Source of the DNA: Amoebophrya sp. A120
Lineage: Eukaryota > Protista > Dinoflagellata
NCBI GenBank assembly: GCA_905178155.1
Contig: CAJINV010000004.1
Coordinates: forward strand, 4,133,555 to 4,197,554
Direction of reading: 5' to 3'
Length of the DNA: 64,000 nt
The position numbers were made by a program, and so were the translations under genes. Positions 37,339 through 49,508 of this stretch are shown here, piece after piece. Every line of letters begins with the position of its first letter. Positions within the stretch are counted from its first letter, which is position 1. The notes under the pieces are model-generated. The model saw only the letters and a program-made list of their open reading frames with translations, had not been told where the DNA came from and searched no databases.

Positions 37339-40300
37339 ATGACAGGTGAACAGTCGAATTCGTCCTCTTCGCGGAGGAGCTCAGTTCTTCCCGGCACCAG
37401 GAAGAGGACATCAAGCAGCACCTCCACGGCGCTCTTGCTGTCCGCCGGAAAAATTACCAGCCTCCTCGTGCAGCCCGTGGCTGTATCAAGTGCAAAAATG
37501 TCTGGGTCTGGAAGAATGCATGTTTGTCATGCTTGTATGGCATGACTCTTAAAGTTAAATCTGTCATGCACGTTACCCAAGAGCTCCATTTTTCTTTGAT
37601 GCAGGAACGCAGTTTGTCATGCAGAATACGCAACACCTAGAAGCTCGGAAACTTGTCATGCTCAGCCAGCATTTGTGGCCTCATCATGACACGCCACCCA
37701 GCATGACAAGTTTCCAGACCCAGACACTTTTACATTTGATAGTCTGCGGGCGTGATCTCGGAGGCGGCGCCCGCGGAGTGGCGCGACACCCTGTTGCTCC
37801 ACAACCTGTACCGTTGCCTCCACAACGCGCCCCCCCTGGTGTGGAACACGGACCTGGCGGCGAATTCTAAAGCCTACGGGGACACGGCCTGCGGGGTGAC
37901 ACTCTGTGGCGGTCATATGGATGTGGCAGAGTTGAAAGGGACAAAGTTGAAATAATTTGTCATGCATAAAATGGATGCCAGTTGGAACCCAGTTTCCAAG
38001 TGGTGCAAGACAAATTTCGGTGGTCCCTAAATCCACTCTGTCATGCTGTTTAGGCAAAGAAGAGCGATTTTCTCATGCTACTTTAGCAGCTCGAGCTGTA
38101 ACCCCAAACAGGCTTACAATCGGCCTCACTTGCCTGCTCTGCAACGCACGTGCCTCGGGTCGTCATGCATTTTATGCATTACAAATTATTTCAACTTTGA
38201 CGATTTCGATCCTGACAGATCCATAGGCCACTCGGCGGACAGCACCAGGCAGAACAAGTACGGGTTTACCGGCACCATTGGCGAGAACATCGCGTACGGC
38301 ACGGCCCTGGCGACGCAGGCGAACTGGGTACCAAATGCAAAAATGTCTGGGTCTGGAAGATTCCATTGCGAGATTTGTCATGCTTGTCTGGCATGACCAA
38401 AAAGTTTGTGATGCGTGTCCAAGAAGACACCCTTTTGCCTGTCATGCAAAAACGCGGTCTGTCATGCGAAAAAAGCAACACAAGGAAGCGCAGACATTTC
38501 TCATGCTTGACTGTGCATTACAAAGCATTCACTATTCCCAGCGCAGTATTACAAGTTTCCAGACCCAGACATTTTTGCAGTTGATACTGGGGCCAGGGCA
38601 CCAAGTGGTGGTACGAGGAATATCCTATGTAAAAACGTCCCCACACGACCAGAGTTGTCATGCAAATATGCAATGACAGGAACATTTGTAATGCGCAGCT
38701 CCATGAGCATGAGAGGAATTTCCAATCGTGTTTTGGAATTTGTAATGCTGTAGACAGGATGTGAAAATGGCTTTCTCATGCGGCTTCTCTTGCCAATCAG
38801 CACTACACTGCAGAGGGAGACTTGTGATGCACAGCTCCCAAAACTTGGAAATTTGTGTTGCTAGATTCCCAACTTGACTAGGGGGTGGAGACGTTTTTAA
38901 ATACGATACGGACGAGATCATCCTCACCACCGGGTGGCCGACGGGGAGCGTGTCCGCCAACACCGTCTCGGTCAGCTCCGTGAGTATATCCACAGGAAAT
39001 TCATTCCCGTACACGTAAGTACAAATTCTCGGCTTCGACCTTCCTAGTTCAGCATGACAAAAATGTTACACTCCGAATTGGCGAAATTTGTGTATGCATC
39101 TTGTTGTACATGTACTACGGGAAATTTGTATTGCATAGATTACCACGGGAATCACCACCGCGGTGGCGGCGTGGACCAACGAAGCCGCGGCGCAGGGCAA
39201 GGGCTTGGCGACCGGGCACACCAGCGCGATCGGGCACTACACGCAGGTGGCGTGGGGCGACACGTGGGAAATCGGCTGCGTGGGCTACATATCCTGTGCA
39301 AAAGTATCGTACTCGTAGTAATTCTTGCAGTCATGCATTACGAATTTCCTTCTCAAGTTGAATCCGCATTACAAATTTTATTTCTCACGCGGAGGAAATT
39401 TCAATTTGTCATGCGATTTATACAACTAGAACTAGTGCGATGCTTTTGAATTTCATACTACACCGCCGGGAAAAATGTGTTGTGCCAGTACGGCCGCGGC
39501 GGCAACATCGACATATCCAGGAAAAAACACCCATCCCCATCCAATTTGTCATGCAAAACATGCATAAAGTCCACTATTTGTCATGCAAAAAATGGATGGG
39601 GATGGGTGTTTTTTCCTGGATACGACACCTCCGCGTACTACGCGGCCAACCTGTTGTATGGATGTGTCAGGATCGAAATCGCCAAAGTTAAAATAATTTG
39701 TGATGCATAAAATGCACCATAGCGCGAAATACGTGTGTTGCAGAGCAGGCAAGGGTGGCCGATTGTAAGCCTGTTTAGGGTTAGAGCTCGAGCTGCTAAA
39801 GTAGCATGAGAAAATCAGTCATCTTTGCCTAAAAAGCATGACAAACTGGATTTAGGCATCACCAAAATTTGTCATGTGCCACGTGAAAACTGGGTTCCAA
39901 CTGGCATCCATTTTATGCATGACAAACTATTTCAACTTTGACGATTTCAATCCTGACACTCCCATATGTTGGCTGTGTCGAAAACCGAGCTGCAGTGCGT
40001 ATCGAATGCAAATATGTCTGGGTCTGGAAGAGTTGGAACTTGTCATGCTAAATCTGAATCAGGCAAAAAACTGTGTTGCGTGATGGCTAAAAGTTGCCCG
40101 CTTTTGACCTACTCGCGAGGCAGTTTCTCACGCAGGATAGGCATTAGAAAGATCTCGCAGAATCTGTCATGCTATTCCCTACATACCAGACCTCATGGGT
40201 CATGGAAAACCTGCATGACAAATCTGGCACTCTTCCAGACCCAGACATATTTGCATTTGATAGTGCGCGGGCGCGAACGACGACCAGTACCAGGTGCAGG

Positions 40301-43300
40301 GCTCCATCAAGGTGCACATTCCGGGCGCGGCGGTGTCGGCCTGCGGGAGTGGCGAAAGCTTCATCACCAGTGGCATCGAAACGCCACTGAAGGAGACCTT
40401 CAAAGCCTATTTCAGCCTGATATGGGATTCTCAACTGTTACATTCTCAGCTGTTACATGAATTTGTCATGCAAAAGCACCATCATCATCCTCACGATCAA
40501 CATCAAGCTGCTCCGCATGACAAATTTGTGAAGGTCTAAACCGCACCTAAATCGGTGCGGAATTTGTAATGCTACAGGTGCAACCTTCCCCCTTCCATTT
40601 TTCCAATTCTTGCATCACAAGTTCATGTACTTAACAGTTGAGAATGTAACATTTGAGAACGCCATACCTGACCACTACTCCGTTTGACGTCTACATTGAA
40701 ACCGCTCCCATGTACGGAAGAAAGTGCGCCGCCGAGTCGTCGGGGCTTTCCTATTATGCATTGCAAAACAAGTTTGATTATATCGTATCGATTTGTATAA
40801 AGTAGTTGCAGTACAATTGCAACATGTTGACACGTCTGCTTTATGGTCTTATAAAAATATACCTGAAAAATAAAAATTAGAATCTGGATGATCTGCATCA
40901 AAAATTGATGTCAACATGGTGCCGGTGCAGTTTACGACTTCGTGCGATAGACTACTTGAACTTGTGCCTCATCCATACCTGCGAGTTCGGATTCATCCTG
41001 CGTTCGCTGACCGCGGCGAAGGCAAAGTGCGTCAAGACCGCGTTGAGCACCAACGCGGCGGACATGATGACCACGTTCACGACCAAATGCGCCGCCCACC
41101 CGGATTCGCAGACCGGGGCCTGCGCCGAAGTGATGGGGGGCGTCCCGACTGCGCTCTCGCTCGGCTCCGTCTTCACCCTGGGCTACAGGCCCGCGATGGC
41201 GAACGAGGCCAGCGTTACCGCCGACGCGACCTGCACCGGGGGCTCTTCGACACCATCTCCGACACCCTCGCCGACACCCTCGCCGACACCCTCGCCGACA
41301 CCCTCGCCGACGCCCTCGCCGACGCCCACGCCTTCGCCAACGCCAGCCACTCCCAGTATAGTTTTTCCTTGAAAAAGATTTTCGCCATTTCGTCCGTTTT
41401 TCTTTAAACTTCAAAGGTTAAGCACGCGCTTGTTGTTCTTATCGACCTACGACTATGGGATTCAACTTGTTACATGTTCTTGTTCAACAACAACTTCAAA
41501 TGTATTTCAGGCACCCCCTTCGTGATCAACGGGAAAACCAAGCTTTCCTTTACCACGTCCGCAACCTGTACAGCGGACTACCTGACCACCACGTTGGGGC
41601 CCTCTGTGAAGACGGGGATGGCGAGCTTTCTCAGCGTGACGGAGAGCCTACGCTTTGGAAAATTATTTTAGTATCTTGCTCGTGATGTGAGAAGTTCAAG
41701 TTTTTCTTGGATCACATAAAAGAGTTCTTCACGTTCAATACAGAAACAAGATGAAATCTGTCATGCTGATTCAGGCATTTTTAAGGAGGAGACTTGTATT
41801 CATGCTGTATCTTGCAAAAAGAAAAACCACGTTCTACTTCTTTCTACGACGAGTACGATATAAACATTTTTCGACGTTATACCACCGGATCGCGATCAAC
41901 TCGGCTACTTGCGTCACCCGTCGGCTGGCAGAGGAAGAAGAAGACCTGGCAACAAAAACTGGCGGCCACGAAGGAGGACTGTCCGCTAGCAAACGCCGGC
42001 TGGCGACGGTTGCGGGCGATTACACCTACACGGTGTCCGGGTTCGCGTCCGAAGCAGCAGCCCAAACGGCCGCCGGCCCGCTGATTGCGATCTTGGGGGA
42101 CACCGTATCAACTGCAAATATGTCGGGGTCTGCACGAACAGTGCAACGTGTGATGCTGCATTTGGATGCTAAAAAAAATCTGTATTGCATGAGCAGCAAG
42201 AAAAGTCAAATTTGGCTACACCGATAGGGCATTGGTCATGCGGAATGCGCATCGATATTAAGCGCTCAAAAAATCTGTGATGCTAGGCCATACATAACAG
42301 ATATCGTGGAACATGGAAAATGTGCATGACAAACTTGTCCTCTTCCAGACCCAGACATGTTTGCAGTTGATACACTGTGCCCACAGCCGACGACGCGCTG
42401 GTGTCCGCGGTGAACACGGCGCTACTTTTATCCAGGGGAAAAACGTTACAACCCCAGAGTTGTAGTCATGCAGATTTGCAATGACAGGATTCGATTTGTG
42501 ATGCGCATCCCCTCCCTGTGGGGCATTTACAGTTGTGTTTTGTGATTTGTAAAGCTGTAAACAGGATAACAAGCCAAGTATATGAATTTGTAATTCGGCT
42601 GCGCTTGCTAAAAACCTCCATACGTACTACACCATGAACTGCAAGAACTTGTCCTGTGTGGCTGCTAATAAAACTTCTAGGCTCTTTGTGTTGCAAAGAC
42701 AAAGTGCGCATCTTGACTCTGGGTAGTTGAAGACGTTTTTACTCAGGATAGACGTCCAATTCTGTCTCCGGGGTGACGGCCGCCTCGGCACAAAGCGACT
42801 CGACTGGGTTCAGCGTGTTGGACCCATCGGCGGTTGCGTCGACGACGTCCTCTGACGACGACGGTCTGGACGGGGGCATTGTTGCTGTGATTGTCATCGT
42901 GTGCCTCCTCGCCGTCGCGGCTGCCGGCGGAGCCGCCTACTACTTCCTGGTCCTCAACAAGCAGGTATCCTGTGCAAAACAAGTATCGTATTCGTATTGC
43001 AGTCATGCATCACAAATCTTTTTCTTAAGGTAAATCAGCATTACATCAAATTTTATTTCTCATGCTGAATGCATTTATACGAGTACGATTATACTTTTGC
43101 AATTGATAGCAGGGCGCGGCAAGCAACGACTTGAGTGAAAAACCTGGCGGCGACCGCGAGGGTAGCGCCGCCCATCCGAAGGATGTGATGCTGGAAATGC
43201 AAGATCACGCGTATGACCGTGTACAAGAACTCCCCCTCGCACTCCCCCTCATTATGTTCCATTTGCATGGCATGAGCAGCAACAAATGTGGCTCTCTTAT

Positions 43301-44522
43301 GACAAATTATCTGCACACGGAGACGGATTGTAGTACTGTTACAAGGGGCTGCAAAGTTTGTCATGTCCATGCGAACTATGCTTAGACGCATGCCATGAAG
43401 TGGATTTGGTTTTGGTATTTTGCATTGCAAATGAGGGGCGGAAGCAGGGGGAATTTTTGTGCACCCTCATAAAAATGCGGGCGCGGAAGACAAGATCCCG
43501 GCTTCCGCTGCGGATATGACACCCTGAGAATGGACATGCTCAAAGTGGAAATAATTTGTGATGCATGAAATGCGACACCAAAAAGACTGTATTGCAGAGA
43601 ACGCAATGGAAGCCGACTATTGTGCATCTACGGGCTCAGACTTGGGCTCCTGATTAGCATGAGAGGAGGGCACCCCTTTGCCTAACTAGCATGACAGACA
43701 CGTTTTGAGTGCCCGGGAAATTTGTCATGCGCCGACTATAAATGGTGCTCCAACTGGAGTCGTTTTTTTGCATTACAAATTATTTCCACTTTGAGGATTT
43801 CCAACCTGAGGCTTTCATAGCGGACGCGGTGCTTGGCGACGAAATCGGCGATGCCGTGCCCGTGCCGGACGGTGACTTTGACCAGGATACCGAAATATGC
43901 ATTGCAAATGATATGTCTGGGTCTGGAAAGTTGTGATGCTAATTTGCGGATCACAAGCAACCTCTAATACGGGGACACGCATGTTGACAAGTTTCTGAGC
44001 GACTAGGTCTTGTGCAAACTGCATGAGAAACTGCGTTTTTGCATTGAGTACAATAAAACAGCTCGGTTGCGCTAAGCGCAACGTGCATGACAGATCTTTG
44101 TCTCGTGTCAGCAGAGCATTACAAGTCTTACAACCTCCCAGACCTCCCCTATTTGCATTTGATACGAAAAGGCGGCAATCAAAATCCAATCCGCGCATCG
44201 TGCGAGCCAGGCCAAGCAGGAAGTGGAAGAGAGGAAGGCCGTCAAGGCTGCTATCCTGTGCAAAAGTATCGTACTCGTACTGCACTCATGCATTACAAAT
44301 CTTTTTCTCAAGGCAAATCTGCATTACAAATTTTATTTTTCTTGCTGAAGAAATTTGTAATGCATTTATGCGAGTGCGATAGTACTTTTGCTATGCATAG
44401 CTGCCACGGCGAAACAAATTTCGAAGCCCGGAAAGGCAAAGGCGAAAAAGAAAGCGGGGACTAGCCCCCGGGGCGCGGGTCACGGGACCACGAGCCCCCG
44501 GGGCGAGCCAAAGGCCGCGTGA
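37339..44522 (+). CDS. Type I membrane CAP-domain protein: CAP domain, (TPSP)n stalk, TM helix, cytoplasmic IQ-like motif; 20 introns; 800 aa
   Basis: Spliced reading: LHNLYRCLHNAPPLVWNTDLA..GHS..GENIAYG..WWYEE..GHYTQVAWGDTWEIGC..VLCQYGRGGN; TM GGIVAVIVIVCLLAVAAAGGAAYYFLVL; AAIKIQSAHRASQAK. 19 introner introns plus one GT-AG intron (41356-41510); total spliced length divisible by 3. Confidence 0.87.
37484..37741. mobile_element. Introner family A
   Basis: Family A TIRs; DR GGCTG/GTCTG. Confidence 0.88.
37916..38225. mobile_element. Introner family D
   Basis: TATGGATGTG..GTTGAAATAATTTG TIR; DR GGTCA/GGCCA. Confidence 0.88.
38329..38586. mobile_element. Introner family A
   Basis: Family A TIRs (TAC start); DR CTGGG. 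Confidence 0.9.
38621..38908. mobile_element. Introner family I
   Basis: TATCCTATGTAAAAACGTCCCCAC / GTGGAGACGTTTTTAAATACGATA; DR AGGAA/CGGAC. Confidence 0.8.
38987..39137. mobile_element. Decayed introner overlapping a GT-AG intron (38980-39138)
   Basis: Weak TIR; DR GAGTA/GATTA; both excisions are in frame. Confidence 0.65.
39290..39457. mobile_element. Introner family B
   Basis: TATCCTGTGCAAAAGTATCG; DR CTACA. Confidence 0.9.
39514..39622. mobile_element. Introner family E (109 bp)
   Basis: 30-bp perfect TIR TATCCAGGAAAAAACACCCATCCCCATCCA; DR CGACA. Confidence 0.93.
39657..39966. mobile_element. Introner family D (inverse of 37916)
   Basis: Family D TIRs; DR TGTTG. Confidence 0.92.
40000..40262. 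mobile_element. Introner family A
   Basis: Family A TIRs; DR GTGCG. Confidence 0.92.
40421..40666. mobile_element. Introner family F
   Basis: TATGGGATTCTCAACTGTTACATTCTCA TIR; DR CCTGA. Confidence 0.9.
40755..40977. mobile_element. Decayed introner, family B-like
   Basis: TATGCATTGCAAAA..CATA; DR CCTAT/CCTGC; frame restored. Confidence 0.6.
41649..41881. mobile_element. Strongly decayed introner
   Basis: TA..ATA ends, residual TGTCATGC motif; +5 removal restores frame. Confidence 0.5.
42106..42372. mobile_element. Introner family A
   Basis: Family A TIRs; DR CACCG/CACTG. Confidence 0.88.
42429..42750. mobile_element. Introner family I
   Basis: TATCCAGGGGAAAAACGT / ACGTTTTTACTCAGGATA; DR decayed (ACTTT/GACGT); frame restored. 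Confidence 0.75.
42966..43108. mobile_element. Introner family B
   Basis: DR GCAGG; also readable as GT-AG intron 42965-43112. Confidence 0.9.
43212..43471. mobile_element. Introner family G
   Basis: TATGACCGTGTACAAGAACTCCCCCT / AGGGGGAATTTTTGTGCACCCTCATA; DR decayed (ACGCG/AAAAT); frame restored. Confidence 0.75.
43515..43819. mobile_element. Introner family D-like
   Basis: CTCAAAGTGGAAATAATTTGT subterminal IR; DR GCGGA. Confidence 0.87.
43896..44164. mobile_element. Introner family A
   Basis: Family A TIRs; DR CGAAA. Confidence 0.87.
44252..44399. mobile_element. Introner family B
   Basis: Family B TIRs; DR GCTGC. Confidence 0.9.
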
Positions 44523-45579
44523 GTCAAAGCACTTGATGATGGGGTGGAAATAATGGGGCGAGGGGGCAAAGTCGGGGAAGTTGAGGGACCACCTAGGACC
44601 TCTTTGGGTTGTTAATTCGTATTAGTTTTTGTTTTTGGTTATAATTTCAACAGTTTGAGCTTGTCTACCGTATGCATCTCTATCATGTTCAAAAACTAAT
44701 TGTTTCGTAAGAGCCAGTAACTAGTTGTACCAGCTACGTGATATACTATTTTTGCATTCTTTTATTTCTGATTTACGGTTGAATAATCAAGATTTCCCAT
44801 GCACTAGCAGTTGTTTCTTAACATTTCCTCAAATCTTTACCACCAAACCGATGTAAACACGTACTTTCTTATGAGTTGTAACTTTTTTTTCTCTTACCGG
44901 AACTGGAACTACTCGAACTGTCACGATGCATAGAAGTACTCATGTGTGATAACACCAACTAACTCGAATGGCCAAAAATAGCAGAGCAGAGATGTACAAG
45001 TAGAGCTACTAGATCGAAAATTTATGTAGTTCGCTATTCGCAAATGATAGAATTTCCAGGAGAGCATAACAACTCGATAGTCGTCTCATGTCACAACCAC
45101 AAGTGTTGCATGCTCTATCGACCAGCAACGGCCCCGCTCGTCGCAGTTGTGGTGTCATGGTAATGTTTACATTTTTTACATGATGTCTTCGTTCTTTGAT
45201 TCTATCTCGGGTTCCACAGCGACACCTGATGTGAAAAAAATACTTCGTTGTAATTTTTATCGAATGGAATACGTCGAATATGTCCCGCTCTGAGTGGTAG
45301 CGTAACAGCACCTAGGACGCTCCTTCGTGGGCGGCATCAGAAGAAGATGTTCTTTGTCGTAAACAAAGCAAACCATAGGTGTTGAAGTAGATGAAGAACT
45401 AGAGCTTCTACATAAAAGTTTGTCAAGGCGTTGAATTTAGTAAATGCGGACGAGTGAATTATACTTTGTAGCAACAAGAACGAACTCACGAGATGAAATA
45501 TAATATCACGATCGGTTTATAATTCAGCTGACCGGAGCTCTACTCCTGCGCAGATCAGAGGATCCTCATCAAGAAAATC

Positions 45580-48500
45580 ATGTCCTCGTCCACGACCACC
45601 GCAACCACTTCCGCCTCTAGCGCGCAGCTGCGGCTGCTATCGCAGAGCGTCCTTGCCTATCAAATGTAAAAATGTCTGGGTCTGGAAGAATCCAATTTGT
45701 GATGCTGCATTTGGATTCCAAAAAAATCTGTATTGCATGAGTACCAAAGGGAATGTAATTCTTGCTGCGCGGAGAGGGCATTTGTCATGCGGAATAGGCA
45801 CCAAGAAGCTCTCAAAAAATCTGTGCTGCTGGGGCAGGCATCACAGACATCAGGGCTCATCCAAAACGTGCATGACAAGTGTCAGAATCTTCCAGACCCA
45901 GACATTTTTACATTTGATATTGCCAGCACGGTCTCCCGGGCGCGGACGGAAACGGCAATCAAATTCTGCTTAAAACTGGTCGAGGAGGCATCTTGTTTAT
46001 GAACTGCAAAAGAAGTATCGTACTCGTATAAATGCATTACAAATTTCCTCAGCGTGAGAAATGAAATTTGTAATGCTGATTTACCTTAAGAAAAAGACTT
46101 GTAATGCATGACTACGATTACTACGAGTGCGATACTTTTGCACAGGATATTGTTCGACACGATCATCGAGAAATAAAAATCCTGCACCTTTCTTCCACGC
46201 CGAAGCGGAGAGCCTTCTTGCCCGGTTGGCCGCGGTGCCGATTGCGGAGAGCTTGTCGCTAAGCGGGTTCTTTTCAGAAGAACAAGTAGTTCGTCGTGGC
46301 GAGGCTTCATTTGGTCATCTTCCAGCAGGAGCAGGAGCAGAAGGAGGAGGACCACAAGCGGCTACACCTTCAGGGCTTGCCGGGGACGGTGAAGAGCAAC
46401 ATTCACAGCGGCACAATGCTGAAGACGCTTCTTTGCATCATCTCGACCTAGAGGCCCGCGTGGCCACGATGAGCCGTGCGCTGGACCTTGTCATGATTCA
46501 AGAAACGGCGCAAGAGGAGATAGAGACCCATGAGAAAGTAAAAACTACTGCGGATGCGGTAGTAGATCTCCACCACAGCCAGCGCCAGGACTTCCAGCAG
46601 GTCCGTGAAGAGGACCAGGACTACAATTGGGGTAGTGAGTTCCTTCTCAGCAGGCTTGCAACCCTTGCGCTTGAGGATTTGAAGTCCGCCGTCCGTGTTT
46701 TGAAAGAGCTACACGACTACACTCGGCTTGGGCGTGGTTCTCGCAGCTCTTGTACTAGAAGTAAACAGCCGGCTGGTGTTGGGCTTGGGGCACGCGGAAT
46801 ACTAAACCAAGACGATTGCTCCGTGGTTGAAACACTGGTGTTTTTCATCGGTCAAATTCTTCTTCTGTATCGGAGGACGACCAAAAGCAGTCGCGAAATG
46901 AAGATGATTTCCTTTTGGGGACGACGAGATGAAGAACTACTACATCATGATGAGCAAATGCAAAACTCCTCCACCCCCTCTCGTTCATCATCAGTCTCGC
47001 TGGCTTTTGAAATTGAAGAGGAGAATGCCCTTGCGGAAGACACTTTGCGGCAATGCGCGGCAGCAATGGAGGTGGTAGCGTTCGCTTATGCTGGTACAAC
47101 TGGTTCGGGTGGCGCTAGTAGTGGTTCCGCGGCCGCAGCTTCGAGCAAAACTAATAAAAGCAGTTCATTCAGTTCTTGGTCCGAGGAGACTTTTTCCTCT
47201 GTCTCGCAACGCCTTGGGAAAGCGTTGCTCGACGGCTTCGAGATCAGGCACGAAATAGAAACGACGGATCATGCCCCCGCAGGGCTTCATAATTCCGTTC
47301 CGAGGCCCCGGCCTCGCTGGGTACCCAGTCGATCCCTGTTTGCGGATCAGGTGTGGCAGTTGATGGCGGGGAGAATTGTTCTTGTCACGACCGGGATGGC
47401 AACGCAAAAAAACTCTTCAACATCTCCGGAAAGATCGGAAATATTAAGTTCCACGAGGTCGAACCACGGGAACGGAACCACAAAAACGCTGCCCTTTTTT
47501 ACCGTTGGCGCAGTAGAGCAGCAGCATTTCTCATCAATTACATCAAGTAGTCCGAGAACAAATAAGATCAACTTGATGTCTAGGAACAACGGAGGTCGTG
47601 CCGGTGGCGCGCAACAAGCGGAAGCGACGAAAGGGAAAAATCTTAGCTGGCTAGCAACAGTGGAAAACCAACTGGTGTTTCGTCCCGTTCTTACCTCTAC
47701 AACTGCAACGGAACAAGAGGGCACTGTAGCACCAGTCTACAAAATTCCAGCACCTTGGCAACTTGTTGACAAAAGAGGAAGAACAGCGGCAACATCAGAA
47801 AAATCGCTTCTGTCACTCTTGCACAAGGTGTTTTCGGACGAAGTGCTAACGAAGGTTGTTGTACCAGGAGATGCCCCAACTTGCACGAGGAGCGGTCAAT
47901 TTGAGGAACAACTAGCACCGGAACAACAAGTCGGCGACGCGGCGGGACGAGCCCGAGCCGCGCCGGCCTCAGGCACAACTTCTACACGTCACGACACCGC
48001 GTTGTTTCGCAATCTTCGTGAGCGGTGCGAGAGGCATTCTTATTAAGGAGGAGTTTTTGCTATATATAGCGAAATATATAAAAAATATCCCGACCCATAA
48101 TGCGTAGTCACGATACTGGTTAGAATACAAGTGCCGCGACATTGTATCCTCGCTTTGCTTTCTCTCTTTTTTCCCTCTTGCCACTTCTCAGTCCCCGGCC
48201 GCTCGCTGAGCGGCGGACCGGATAAATTTTGGGTATTGGGGGTTTCATCATGTTGAACTGAAAATACAGGTCAGCTACTGGTCAGCTATTGTTGAAAATT
48301 TAATATTTTCAGCAATAGCCGACCAGTAGCTGACCTATATTTTCAGTTGCTTGCAAGCGTTGTCCTTTTGGTGTGGTTTGCAAGTAGACCTGCGGCACCG
48401 CTGACAAAGTAGGGACGCCCCTCCTGGCCGTGTGGTGCAATAAGTAAACGCCATGCAGTGGTCGCGATAGGAGTGGGCTACCACTCTCGTTACTGGTGCA

Positions 48501-49508
48501 CTACTACGCGGAACGGTAGTGCTGCGTGTCGGGTACTTTGCCCGCGTGCCTGAATTATAGGTCGAGATATTTTTTTCTATGTTTTTATATATAGCAATAA
48601 CTCATCTTTAATCTTACGCGGTGGATGTGTTGCTCGAACTTTTTGTCCAGTACTATTCGACGACGATTTTTGATCATGTTATGCAGCATGATCTTCAAGG
48701 GGAAATAAGGGAAACAGCTCACCACGCAACTGGTGCAGAACAAGGAACAACAGTAGACTACAACGGCTTCAACAACAGGTGGAACATCAAAAAAGCGGAT
48801 TCACATCAAGCCCAACAAATTTTCTCGGCGTACCGAGACCTCGCGCGGCAGGTGATTTATCTCCAGGCGAACCCGACTCCGATGCTGGTGCAGGGAACCA
48901 AGCTGCAATCGCTTTTCAATTTTGAAGATGATGGGAATAAAGAACAAACACAGAACTGCTTTTCGTCTTCAACATCAACCCGAGGTCAACGTCGTCCAAC
49001 GGGGATGAAGCAGAGGCTCCGCTGGTCCTGCGCGATATCCGAAGACATGGCCCGGCTCGGGGTGTATGGAATTTGCGTGACGAACTATCCGGTTTTGCTA
49101 AAGTGCTTAGCAAACGCATCCGAATTCCAACAATTCGTCAAGCGACTGGACGAAACTGATGCGGTAGAAGTACAACAACCTCCGTTTACAGCTATTTCAT
49201 CTTCGGTCGGGGCGAGGAGCGATCGAAACCAGGTCGGTGAGGGTAGAAGAGATGAGAAGGGTATAATTAAGGGAGATGAACATATTAGTCGCGGTCGTCG
49301 TCCCGTCGTGTCGAGTGCCACGACTAGCTCGACTTCGAAAACTAGTAAAACGCCCATGGTGACACCAACTGCTACAACTACTTCCAGTCGTGGTGCTAGA
49401 GAGCAGCTTCCTCAGCAGTCGCAGCAGTGGTCCGAATCCGAAGAAATGAAGAAAGTAGATGAAAGTAGAAAGCCTTGGAAAGATGAGCAGGAGCTCGACC
49501 TCACTTGA
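45580..49508 (+). CDS. Hypothetical protein, 3 introner introns; 976 aa
   Basis: ATG 45580; removing elements 45658, 45998 and 48043 (+5 nt each) joins ORFs 46127-48046 and 48621-49508 in frame; no domain recognised. Confidence 0.72.
45658..45919. mobile_element. Introner family A
   Basis: Perfect TIR; DR TTGCC. Confidence 0.93.
45998..46149. mobile_element. Introner family B
   Basis: Family B TIRs; DR TTGTT. Confidence 0.9.
48043..48611. mobile_element. Introner with TTAA termini (family J)
   Basis: ~50-bp imperfect TIR TTAAGGAGGAGTTTTTGCTATATATA / TATATATAGCAATAACTCATCTTTAA; DR TCTTA/TCTTA; frame restored (HSY|AVDV). Confidence 0.8.
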
